The notes: a model not told the origin generated them from the letters alone. A stretch of 63,788 nucleotides of DNA from Malacoraja senta (GCA_038087875.1 CM075977.1:217000213-217064000), one strand, 5' to 3'. Shown: positions 38,074 to 49,261, counted from the first letter of the stretch. Program-made: numbers and translations.

Positions 38074-38342
38074 GTCAGGTCGGGGGGAGTTCCTTCCGCC
38101 ACGGGTACCATGTAATCCCGTGCTACCTGCTCCGTGGTCGGATAGTCGGCGACTAAACCGTCTCCCCCACCTGGTTTGCCAGGTGAGGAGGGGGGCTGTG
38201 GACCCCCAGCAGGACCAAAAACAAGACCTGTCAAAGGGCAGATGAGCTCCGAGTGAGCCAACGGCCATCCACACTTCAGTAGAAGTTGCGATCACTGTCG
38301 TACATAGCACTGTAAGGCATTGATGTTTTCAACAATGATGAT
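38074..38342 (+). mobile_element. Non-tRNA short retroelement with (GAT)n tail
   Basis: 12-bp TSD gatgatgacttg at 38062-38073 and 38343-38354; multiple hairpins. Confidence 0.75.
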
Positions 38343-38409
38343 GATGATGACTTGATATTTTTCATTCCTGTACTTTATCTAAACATCATGCCATGTACGT
38401 ATGTAATAG

Positions 38410-39240
38410 AGGCAGAAGAAACAGAAACAGGCAGCACACACCCCACTCACCATAAATGGCAGTGCAGTGGAGTCTGTGAAAAGCACCAAGTTCCTGGGAG
38501 TACACATCACAGATGATCAGACATGGTCCACCAACACCATCTCCCTAGTCAAGAAAGCACAGCAACGCCTCCACTTCCTTCGACGGATGAGGAGAGCCGA
38601 CCTCCCCCCTTCTGCCCTCACAACTTTTTACAGGGGTGCCATTGAGAGCATTCTTACCAGCAGTCTCTCAGTCTGGTATGGCAGTTGCTCTGCTGCTGAC
38701 CAGAAGGCCCTACAGAGAGTGGTGAGGACAGCGGAGAAGATCACTAGATCACCCCAACCAGCAATTCAAGACTTATACCCATCTCGCTGTCACAAGAGAG
38801 CAACCAATATCATCAAAGACACCACCCACCCAGCACACAAACTGTTCACCCTCCTACCATCCGGCAAGCGCTACCGCAGCATGCGGAGCAAAACCACAAG
38901 ATTCAAAAACAGCTTTTTCCCTCAGGCCATCAGACTACTCAACACACTCAAGAAAATTCCATGAACATTACACAAAGACCAACTGACTGTCAAATTAACT
39001 TTAACTCAATGTCTGCAGTATGCTACTTGCACTTTTCTATATTGCACCTTTTATTAATGAATATTTTATATAATGTATATGTCCATTGTCTATTTTTATT
39101 GGTATACTGTCTGTCTGTGTTATAAATATTACTTGCACATTGGAGTATGGGGAAACGCAATTTCAATCCTCTGTGTAACTACTTGTTACATTATTTGAAT
39201 TGACAATAAAGTTACTATTACTATTACTATTACTATTACT
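38410..39240 (+). mobile_element. Rex1/Babar LINE 3' end (distinct subfamily)
   Basis: Uninterrupted 165-aa ORF ending RFKNSFFPQAIRLLN; AATAAA plus (tactat)n tail. Confidence 0.92.
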
Positions 39241-39299
39241 AGAGTGCCAAGGCAGGCATTTGGGCAGTTAGAGAAAATTGTCTTGTATGATCTCTGAGG

Positions 39300-39920
39300 T
39301 TCATGTACACCGGTCAGCCCATCACACACTCGTTATTCCCTTATCATGTACTGTATCTGTCCACTGGATGGCTCGATTGTAATCACGTAATCCAGTCGTT
39401 CTTTCGCTGACTGCATTGCATGCAACAAAAGCTTTTCACTGCACATCAAACACGTGATAATAAACTAAACGAAACTCAACATCAGACGCCCAACCACAAA
39501 TTCCAGCTGCACTACCCGCTGTCTCGGGAAAGCTGCCAGCATAATCAAGGATTAGTCCCACCCTGGTCATTCCTTCTCCCTGCTCCCATCAGGCAAAAGG
39601 TGCAGAAGCTGGAAAGCGAGCACCACCACCAGTCACAGGAACAGCTTCCCCCCCTCTGTTATCAGGCTTCAGAACGGTCCTCCCATTAGGCTAGGGTACT
39701 GTCTGATTCACCACCAGCTCAATGCAGACATAGTGCTTTGGCCATGGAACTGATGCGCTACAATGCTGAGAACTATATTCTGCATTCTGTATCTTCCTCT
39801 ATTGTACTTGAGTTTGACTTGATTGTATTTCTGTAGAATACTTATCATCTGATCTAATTGAATAACATGCAACACACACTGTACTTCGGTACATGTGATA
39901 CCAATAAACCTAAACCTACA
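39300..39920 (+). mobile_element. Rex1-type 3' fragments
   Basis: Two tails ending gtgataataaactaaac and ccaataaacctaaacc; similar to 19620-20242. Confidence 0.65.
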
Positions 39921-40004
39921 TATTCGCAGTGGACTTTATAGAATGCTATGATCTCACTGAGTTCACAGACAATGAGGATAAGATACCAAAAGATATTTGG
40001 ACAG

Positions 40005-41296
40005 CTTGATTCTATTTTTCGAAGAGGTTACTAGGGAAATTGATGAGGGTAAAGCAGTGGATGTTGTCTATATGGACTTCAGTAAGGCCTTTGACAAGGT
40101 TCCTCATGGAAGGTTGGTTAAGAAGATTCAATTGTTGGGTATTAATGGTGGAGTAGCAAGATGGATTCAACAGTGGCTGAATGGGAGATGCCAGAGAGTA
40201 ATGGTGGATGGCTGTTTGTCAGGTTGGAGGCCGGTGACTAGTGGGGTGCCTCAGGGGTCTGTGTTGGGTCCACTGTTGTTTGTCATGTACATCAATGATC
40301 TGGATGAAGGTGTGGAAAATTGGATTAGTAAGTATGCAGATGATACTAAGATAGGTGGTGTTGTGGATAATGAAGTAGATTTTCAAAGTCTACAGAGAGA
40401 TTTAGGCCATTTGGAAGAGTGGGCTGAAAGATGGCAGATGGAGTTTAATGCTGACAAATGTGAGGTGCTACATCTCGGCAGGACAAATCAAAATAGGACG
40501 TACACGGTAAATGGTAGTGAATTGAGGAATGCAGTTGAACAGAGGGATCTAGGAATAACTGTGCATAGTTCCCTGAAGGTGGAATCTTGTGTAGATAGGG
40601 TGGTAAAGAAAGCTTTTGGTGTGCTGGCCTTTATAAATCAGAGCATTGAATATAGAAGTTGGGATGTAATGTTAAAATTGTACAAGGCATTGGTGAGGCC
40701 AATTCTGGAGTATGGAGTACAATTTTGGTCGCCTAATTATAGGAAGGATATCAACAAAATAGAGAGAGTACAGAGGAGATTTACTAGAATGTTGCCTGGG
40801 TTTCAGCAACTAAGTTACAGAGAAAGGTTGAACAAGTTAGGTCTTTATTCTTTGGAGCGCAGAAGGTTAAGAGGGGACTTGATAGAGGTCTTTAAAATTA
40901 TGAGCGGGTTAGACAGAGTGGACGTGGATAAGCTTTTCCCATTGAGAGTAGGGAAGATTCAAACAAGGGGACATGACTTGAGAATTAAGGGACAGAAGTT
41001 TAGGGGGAACATTAGGGGGAACTTCTTTACTCAGAGAGTGGTAGCTGTGTGGAATGAGCTTCCAGTGGAAGTGGTGGAGGCAGGTTCGATGTTATCCTTT
41101 AAAAATAGATTGGATGGGTATATGGACGGGAAAGGAATGGAGGGTTATGGTCTGAGTGCAGGTAGATGGGACTAGGGGGAAGTATTTTTTAAAAAATAAA
41201 TTTAAAAAAAATTTTTTTTAAATGTTCGGCACGGACTTGAAGGGCCGAGATGGCCTGTTTCCGTGCTGTTATGGTTATATGGTTATATATGGTTAT
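40005..41296 (+). mobile_element. Young 5'-truncated CR1 LINE with open RT frame
   Basis: 392-aa ORF (39997-41175) without stops: DFSKAFDKVPH, SGVPQGSVLGP, KYADDTK; (tatggtta)n tail. Confidence 0.95.
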
Positions 41297-41396
41297 CGTA
41301 TTATCCAATTTGATTGGATAGCATGCTAACATACATTTTTCATTGGAGACCTTTGAACTTTCTTTCCTTGGCCTTAATCAGACTTCAGTGTTATAT

Positions 41397-41589
41397 GTGT
41401 AAGAAGGAACTGCAGATGCTGGAAAATCGAAGGTAGACAAAAATGCTAGAGAAACTCAGCGGGTGAGGCAACATCTATGGAGCGAAGGAAATAGGCAACG
41501 TTTCGGGTCTGAAGAAGGGTTTCGGCCCGAAACGTTGCCTATTTCCTTCGCTCCAAAGATGCTGCCTCACCCGCTGAGTTTCTCCAGCA
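41397..41589. mobile_element. Fold-back Penelope-like element
   Basis: Inverted arms; TSD ttcagtgttatat/ttcaatgttatat at 41384-41396 and 41590-41602. Confidence 0.85.
41505..41540 (+). ncRNA. Minimal type I hammerhead ribozyme motif, intact core
   Basis: gggt, CTGAAGA, A, GGGT(ttcg)GCCC, GAAAC, GTT, gcct; palindromic AACGTT stem III. Confidence 0.7.
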
Positions 41590-42097
41590 TTCAATGTTAT
41601 ATCTTTGCATTAATTCTACCCTTCATCTGTGCACTGCGCATGGCTTGATTGTAATCATGTACAGTTTTTCTTTACTGGATAGCGCACAGAGGAAAGCCTT
41701 TCACCATATCTCGGTGCACATGATAATAATAAACCAAACTAACTTGGTACACGTGACAATAATAATCCTAAACAGTGAAAGAAAACTGCCCAGCCGCAGA
41801 GAGGTTGTATTGGAAAACTTGGTGGTTCAGACAAAGAGATGGGTCTGGCAAATTTATTCTGGATGGGGATTTTTTTTTTAAATTTCAGTGAATGTTTTCA
41901 CTTGGAATGCCAGGATGAAAATGATAGGGATGAGGCTACACACAAACACGGAAAGGTAACCTGTTAGTGGAAAGATGATCATTTATTTATGCAGAATTGA
42001 ATTTCTAAAAGAGCACCGTCGGGGACTGTGGTATGTTGAAAGATTGGATTCCACCGTTAGGGGTCGGGAGAGATTTTTAGCAACTGAAATTGACGAC

Positions 42098-44175
42098 ACT
42101 GGGCCTGTACTCGCTGGAGTTTAGCAGGATAAAAGGGGAGCGAATAGGGAAACACCTGCACAGAGTAGATGTGGAGAAGATGTTTCCATTACTGGGAGAG
42201 TCTAGGACTAGAGGCCATAGCCTCAGATTTAAAGGACATTTCCATTAGGAAAGAGATGAGGAGGAATTTCTTTAGTCTGAGGGTGGTGAATCTGTGGAAT
42301 TCATTGCCACAAAGGTTGTGAAGGCCAAGACAAGGGATTTTTTAACGGCAGAGATCGATAGATTCTTGATTAGTACGGGTGTCAGGGATTATGGGGAGAA
42401 GGCAGGAGAATGGGGTTAGGAGGGAGAGATAGATCAGCCATGATTGAATCTTGGGCCGAATGCCCTAATTCTGCTCCTATCTCTTATGACATGTGTAAGA
42501 AGGAACTGCAGATGCTGGTTTAAACCAAAGATAGACTCAAAAAACTTGAGTAACTCAGGGGGAGAGGCAGCATCTCTGGAATGGTGGAGTAGATGCAATG
42601 AGCTGAATGGCCTAATTCTGCTCCAATCACTTATCACCTTATGACCTTATGAACAGGCCGACTCTCGTAAAACTGTGGCAAATAGCTAGTGTCAGTGCGC
42701 ATTCAAACAGTAGAAACACTACCAATGACAATATATATTTAAACAAAAGATTAATAATCAAGTCATTGATTTAAACATTGATAAAAAGCAAGGAAATACA
42801 GGTGCTGGTTTACAAACAAGGACAAAGAGTGCTGGAGTAACGGAGCGGGCCAGGCAGCATCTCTGGAGAACATGGACAAGTGATGTTTTGGCGCGACACG
42901 TCTTCAGTCTGCGCCATCGTGCCACCTCACAGAATAATCTTAAATGATTAATAAATGCAAGAAACAAGGTCATAGAGTCATACAGCGTGGAAACAGGCCC
43001 TTCACCCTAACATGCCCCATCTACACTAGTCCCACTCGCCCATGCATGGCCTATAACCCTCTAAACAAAAAAATCATGACAATAAATGCCTCAACTACAT
43101 TCTCATGTAGCTCATTCCATACACCAGCAAGCGGTAGAGCTGCTGCCTTACAGCGTCAGAGACGCGGGTTCTATCCTGACTACGGGTGCTGTCTGTACGG
43201 AGTTTGCACGTTCTCCCTGTGACCATGTGGATTTTCTCCGGGTTCTCCGCATTCCTCCCATATTCTAAAGGCGTACAGGTTCATGACAAAATCGTGAGAG
43301 GAATAGATCGGGTAGATGCACAGAGTCTCTTGCCCCGAGTAGGGGAATCGAGGACTAGAGGACATAGGTTCAAGGTGAAGCGGAAAGATTTAATAGACAA
43401 TAGACAATAGGTGCAGGATTAGGCCATTCGGCCCTTCGAGCCAGCACTGCCATTCAATGTGATCATAATGGCTGATCATCCCCAATCAGTACCCCGTTCC
43501 TGCCTTCTCCCCATATCCCCTGACTCCACTATCTTTAAGAGTCCTATCTAGCTCTCTCTTGAAAGTATCAAGAGAACCGGCCTCCACCGCCCTCTGAGGC
43601 AGAGAATTCCACAGACTCACAACTCTCTGAGTGAAAAAGTGTTTCCTCGTCTCAGTTCTAAATGATCTTACCCCTTATTCTTAAACTGTGGCCCCTGGTT
43701 CAGGACTCCCCCAACATCAGGAACATGTTTCCTGCCTCTAGCGTGTCCAAACCCTTAATAATCTTACATGTTTCAATAAGATCCCCTCTCATTCTTCTAA
43801 ATTCCAGAGTATACAAGCCCAGCCGCTCCATTCCCTTAAAATAGAAATCCAAGGGGTAACTTTTCCACACAAAGGGTGGTGGGTGTATGGAACAAGCTGC
43901 CAGAGGAGGTAGTTGAGGCTGGGACTATCCCATCGTTTAAGAAACAGTTAGACAGGTACATGGATAGGACAGGTTTGGAGGGATATGGACCAAGCAAGTG
44001 GGACCAGTGTATTGGGGACATTGTTGGCCGGTGTGGGCAAGTTGGGCCGAAGGCTCCAGGTTTGTTGGTTCATTGACTTCAGTAAATTGCCCCTAGTGTG
44101 TAGTGTCCAGAAGTAGTGTACGGGTGGTCATTGGTCGGTGCGGACTAAGTGTTTCCACCCTGTATCTCTAAACTA
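42098..44175. mobile_element. Cluster of nested CR1, pLTR and HE1-SINE fragments
   Basis: CR1 + 42098-42490; pLTR pieces 42493-42580 and 42790-42910; SINE 43128-43280; CR1 - 43393-43832 inside a CR1 +; SINE 3' part 44055-44175. Confidence 0.8.
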
Positions 44176-44412
44176 CATTTGCATATGCGAACAAGGAATT
44201 TTATTGCACTCTAGTGTATATGACAATATGTTGAGTGGCATCTAGCCAATATTCAAATTCACTGCAAATATCTGCATGAGGTCTGATCAATTTGTAAATA
44301 TGTTGCATCAGTTTATGTTTTTTTTTTAAAAAGGAATCAATAATATTTAATATCTTGCATTTCTTGCTTTGTATGGTTTTGTATTTCATTGCATTGTTTC
44401 AAGAAATACATA

Positions 44413-44547
44413 CTTTTTGCATATGGCGTGCACAGCCTAAAGTTGTGGGACAAGTTGTTCTATTTGTTCTTATTTGATCGTGCACATCAGGTTGATTGCA
44501 TTCGTCGAAACAGGGCGGACCACGTGAAGGTTGCAATCTCCCACCCC
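44413..44547 (-). mobile_element. Ribozyme-headed short non-autonomous retroelement (Ingi/Vingi-like, inferred)
   Basis: 5' end is an HDV-like ribozyme; 3' end is gtgcacgccatatgcaaaaag; no pol III boxes; no clear TSD. Confidence 0.6.
44494..44547 (-). ncRNA. Minimal HDV-like (CPEB3-type) self-cleaving ribozyme
   Basis: GGGGUGG(P1) GA GAUUGCA(P2) ACC(P3) UUCACGU(L3) GGU CCGCCCU G UUUCGA CGAA UGCAAUC; all pairings present in HDV order; catalytic C at 44504. Confidence 0.88.
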
Positions 44548-44654
44548 TGTAAATGTGTGATGTCATGGGTGCATGATGCCACGAGAGCATCATTGTGTGC
44601 AGAGGAATCCTTGACAAAATTAAATACGCCTTTAAACACACCACTTTTGTTCAC

Positions 44655-45140
44655 CATGTGATAGGGGAGATGCTGTCAAGCTGGAAAGGGTGCAGAGAAG
44701 ATTCACCAGGATGTTGCCAGGACCCGAGGGCACTCGAGGGTGCGGTTGAGCAGGCTAGGACTAGATGCCTTTGAGGGCAGGAGGACGAGGGGTGAGTTAT
44801 AGAGGTGTACAAAATCATGAGAGGAATAGATCGGGTAATGCCGTGAGGCTGACAAATAGGAACCCACCACAGTGGAAAAAACATGACTACATCTCCTTAC
44901 TAATCTGAGGGGAAACCTTTTTACACAAAAGGGTGGTGGGTGTGTGGAACGAGCTGCCAGATGAGGTAGTTGAGGCAGGTACTATCATAACTTTTAAGAA
45001 ACATTTGGACAGGTACAAGTCTCTTGTTTAGAGGGTTATGGGCCAAGCGTGGGCAGGTGGGACAAATGTAGATGGGCATGTTGGTCGGTATGGACGAGTT
45101 GGGCTGAAGGGCCTATTTCCACGCCGTATGACTCTATGAC
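44655..45140 (+). mobile_element. CR1 fragment containing a foreign 59-bp patch (44847-44905)
   Basis: CR1 3' region; the patch matches 49187-49245. Confidence 0.8.
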
Positions 45141-45556
45141 CATGTTTCTTGCATATATTGATCTCTTAAGCTGCCATATACCTTGTTAGGGGTTTGATGA
45201 GAGAACTGCCTCTGCCCTACAGATTGTTGATAACTGGTATAGAGAGATGTAGCTTCACATCTGTGGAGTGTGGTATTATGTGGCTCAGTGACACTGAGTA
45301 ATGTGTTGATGTTTAGTTTAGAGATACAGTGTGGAAACCGACCGTTCGGACCACCGAGTCCTTGCCGACCAGTGATCGTCGAGGACTCGGTACCACATGT
45401 ACCGATGTGCAGTGACATTCATTTTTGTATCCAGTTTAGTTCAAGTACGTCTATATTTAAGTACTTAGCTACATCTTAGATAAACATCGAGGGTCGAAGG
45501 TTCGAACAGATTTGGGCAGTCGATGAGTTTGAGTCGAGCTGGCGGGGCCCGAAGGG

Positions 45557-46490
45557 TAGGGTTGCCAACTGTCCCATATTAGCCGGGACATCCCGTATTT
45601 TGGGCTAAATTGGTTTGTCCCGCACGGGACCGCTCTTGTCCCGTATTTGACTGCTACTACTCGGGTCGAGGGGACTGTCGGGTCGGAGCTCCGCATCCGG
45701 CCCCGCCTCACCCGTCCCGATGTAGTGCAGCCCATAGAGTGCAGCAGCAGCAGCGCCTCGCCCGTGGCCCCGTCGGTCAGTCGGCAGCTCAACCAGCTGT
45801 CCGACCTTCGGACCTTCTCTGACCGCCAACACCACCACCCCTCCTTCTCATGGCCGATCGTCGGTTCATGAGTTGGATGGGGTGCCTGATGGCGGCCCGA
45901 GCCAAAACTCCTCAGCTGGCCCACCGGCTGGGCTTTGTGTGCGGTCCAGCACCCGGGCCAACGAGATTGATCCCTGGGATGGCGGGACTGTCATATGAGG
46001 AAAGATTGAAAAGACTAGGCTTGTATTCACTGGAGCTTAGAAGGATGAGGGGGAATCTTATAGAAACATATAAAATGATAAAAGGACTGGACAAGCTAAA
46101 TGCAGGAAAAATGTTCCCAATGTTGGGCGAGTCCAGAACCAGGGGCCACAGTCTTAGAATAAAGGGGAGGTCATTTAAGACTGAGGTGAGAAAAAACGTT
46201 TTCACCCAGAAAGTTGTGAATTTATGGAATTCCCTGCCACAGAGGGCAGTGGAGGCCAAATCACTGGAGGGATTTAAGAGAGAGTTGTGGAGAAGGCAAG
46301 CACGGGTTATTGATAGGGGATGATCAGCCATGATCACAATGAATGGCGGTGCTGGCTTGAAGGGCCGAATGGCCTCCTCCTGCACCTATTTTCTATGTTT
46401 CTATTTTTCTAACTCATCATTCACCCAGGAATCTGTCCCTTATTTTGACCTTTTGTCCCTTATTTGGGAGTGAGAACGTTGGCAACCCTA
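45557..46490 (+). mobile_element. hAT-type MITE (TAGGGTTGCC ends) with nested CR1 (45961-46410)
   Basis: TIRs tagggttgccaac/gttggcaacccta; flanks ccgaaggg/ccaacggg (6/8); tgtccc subterminal repeats. Confidence 0.85.
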
Positions 46491-46555
46491 CCAACGGGTT
46501 GGGGACCCAGCGTTGGGGGGGGGGGGGGCTGTTGCCGAGAACTAAGGGAAGGGAG

Positions 46556-46876
46556 GGGTGGTGTGGCATGGTGGCGCAGCGGTAGAGTTGCTGCCTCACA
46601 ACGCCAGAGACCCGGGTTCGATCGTGACCGTGGGCGCTGCCTGTATGGAGTCTGCACGTTGTCCTGCGTGGGTTTTCTCCGGGTGCTCCGGTTTCCTCCC
46701 ACATCCCAAAGAAGTGCAGGTTTGCTGGTTGACGGACTTCGGTACAAATATAAATGTTCCCTATTGTGTGTAGGATAGTGCCAGTGTACAGGGGGGTCGC
46801 TGGTTGGTGCGGGCTCGGTGGGCCGAAGGGCCTGTTGCTGCACTCTCTCGAAACTAAACTAAACTGGACTAGACTA
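46556..46876 (+). mobile_element. HE1-like SINE
   Basis: A/B boxes, core and (aaact)n tail. Confidence 0.88.
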
Positions 46877-46998
46877 AGGGGGACCCAGTGTGTGTGTGGG
46901 GGGGGGGGGGGGGGCTTTCGAGAACTAAGGGGGTTGAAGGCATGAAGAAGGGAGGAGTACTTTCTGCAATTTTGTCAGCGTCTTTGTGGTGAACCCGG

Positions 46999-47452
46999 AA
47001 CTGTCAAATGCTGAGAGAATGGAGCGGCTGGGCTTGTACACTCTGGAGTTTAGAAGGATGAGAGGGGATCTTATTGAAACATATAAGATTATTAAGGGTT
47101 TGGACACGCTAGAGGCAGGAAACATGTTCCCGATGTTGGGGGAGTCCAGAACCAGGGGCCACAGTTTAAGAATAAGGAGAGAGCTATTTAGAACGGAGAC
47201 GAGGAAACACTTTTTCTCACAGAGAGTGGTGAGTCTGTGGAATTCTCTGCCTCAGAGGGCGGTGGAGGCAGGTTCTCTGGATGCTTTCAAGAGAGCTAGA
47301 TAGGGCTCTTAAAAATAGTGGAGTCAGGGGATATGGGGAGAAGGCAGGAACGGGGTACTGATTGGGGATGATCAGCCATGATCACATTGAATGGCGGTGC
47401 TGGCTCGAAGGGCCGAATGGCCTACTCCTGCACCTATTGTCTATTGTCTATT
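46999..47452 (+). mobile_element. CR1 3' fragment
   Basis: ORF 46986-47303; (ctattgt)n tail. Confidence 0.9.
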
Positions 47453-47698
47453 GACCAGTGATCACCCCGTACACTAGCACTATCCTACATACTAGGGACA
47501 ATTTTACATTTATAGCAATTAACCTACAATTCTGTACGTCATTGGAGTGTGGGAAGAAACCGGAGAAACTGGAGTAAACCCACGCAGGTCACGGGGAGAA
47601 CGTACAAACACCGTACAGGCAGCACCCGTAGTCAGGATCGAACCCGCATCTCTGGCACTGTAATGCAGCAACACCAGTGCTGTGCCACCGTTACGCCC
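47453..47698 (-). mobile_element. HE1-like SINE (3'-truncated)
   Basis: Family core and head. Confidence 0.85.
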
Positions 47699-47798
47699 TT
47701 AATGTGATTGCCTTAATGAGGAACAGATTCAATTATAAGTGAGTGCAAGCTGGTGTACTTCATTGACTTCTTTCTGTTAGGCAACTGGTCCAAGTAAG

Positions 47799-48539
47799 CA
47801 GGGGCGGAAATCACTATCAAAACATGGGGGGACACAATTTCTTGGTGGCTGCATGCGCACACACGCGAGGCTTCGGAGGCTTCGGCCGTGCCCTGTGGAC
47901 GGTAACATCGGGAGCTGACCTGGTTGGTGACCGACTCTGAACTCCAGCAACAGCAGCTTCGTCCTCCCCGAATCGTGGGGCTTGAATCGGCCCGTTCGCG
48001 GGGCCTTTCATCGCCCGCCGCAGCTTAAAACCGGCTGCGGGATTCATAGCCCGGCGGGAGCTTCAACATCGGAAGCCTTGATTGCCTCGACGCAGCAAGT
48101 TGACCGCGGGGCGGTGGAAGATCCCGCAGCCGAATTTAAGCCGTGCCGCGCCGGGCGATGAAAGGCCCCGCGAACGGGCCGATTCAAGCTCCACTCTATG
48201 ACCTTTTCTCCCCCAGGATGTCTCCCTGCTCCAATCACCACGCTCTATCCTCAGTTCCACCCCCCTACTTCCGCCTCTGACCGACACATCCCTCCTCCAA
48301 TCATCGCGCTGAATCATCATGTCCCGCCTCCTCCCCCCCCCACTCTCTGCTGACTGACGTCTCTCTCGTCCAATCAGCGCCCTCGACCCCCCACTGTCTC
48401 GCGGAAAGCGGAGATTTTTAATAGCTTTTTTCACCAAATTTCAAAATGCGGATTACAAAACATGGGGGGGATTTACGCCCACCTCTCAAAACATGGAGGG
48501 GGCGTGTCCCCCATCCCCCTCCCAGGATTTCCGCCCAGG
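47799..48539. mobile_element. hAT-like non-autonomous element with internal inverted repeat
   Basis: TIRs caggggcggaaatc/gatttccgcccagg; flanks caagtaag/aaaataag (6/8); repeated aaaacatgg motif. Confidence 0.7.
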
Positions 48540-48715
48540 AAAATAAGATATCAAGGAGTGCGCATTAAAATTAAATGTATTAAAAGTCTAAAGAACATGA
48601 TTACGCTGACTGCATGTCCACAAGAATTGACATGACCGTTTAAAAAGATCTCAAATAATTTCTGATGCTGTACGACTGAGGCTTCCTCAACTATTTCCTT
48701 CCAGTTGCCCTTCGA

Positions 48716-49024
48716 TTTAGTTTAGTTTAGAGATACAGCACGGAAACAGGCCCTTCGGCCCACCACGTCTGCGTCGACCAGCTATCCTCATGCACTACCA
48801 TTATCCTACACACTAGGGACAATTTACAGTCTATACCGAAGCCAATTAACCTGCAAACCCGTACGTCTTTGGAGTGTGGGAGGAACCCGAAGATCTCGGA
48901 GAAAACCCACGCAGGTCACGGGAGAACGTACAAACTCCAGACAGACAGCACCCGTAGTCAGGATTGAACCCGGGTCTCTGGTGCTGTAAGGCAGTAACTC
49001 TACCGCTGCGCCACCGTACCGCCT
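48716..49024 (-). mobile_element. HE1-like SINE, full length
   Basis: Family head, core and tail. Confidence 0.9.
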
Positions 49025-49261
49025 CAAGGTTGGCCTCAGTTTAATGGAGTTCATTCTACCACTGACATACAAGCAGGAAGTCAGATCACTTCATCAGATG
49101 GGGAATGGTATGTTTTCCTTGGTTCTGCAGATCATTCCTGAACACAAAGATAGGAGTACGTACAGACCAAATGATTCATAAGTTCTGGCTAACAAATAGG
49201 AACCCATCACAGTGGAAATAACATGACTACATCTCCTTACTAATCCAAAATCAAGAACATA

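Noticed and set aside
38124-38160. Possible HDV-like ribozyme in the (GAT)n-tailed element (acc-tgctccgt-ggt ... gactaa)
   Set aside because: A P3/L3-like piece exists, but no P1 and P2 partners fall in the required order. Kept only as a generic structured element.
39997-41175. 392-aa ORF as a host or domesticated gene
   Set aside because: 5'-truncated CR1 ORF2 with no ATG start, an intact retro 3' tail and sibling copies.
44492-44512. Hammerhead on the + strand suggested by cGAAAC
   Set aside because: No CTGANGA upstream. The sequence is fully explained as the reverse complement of the HDV-like ribozyme.
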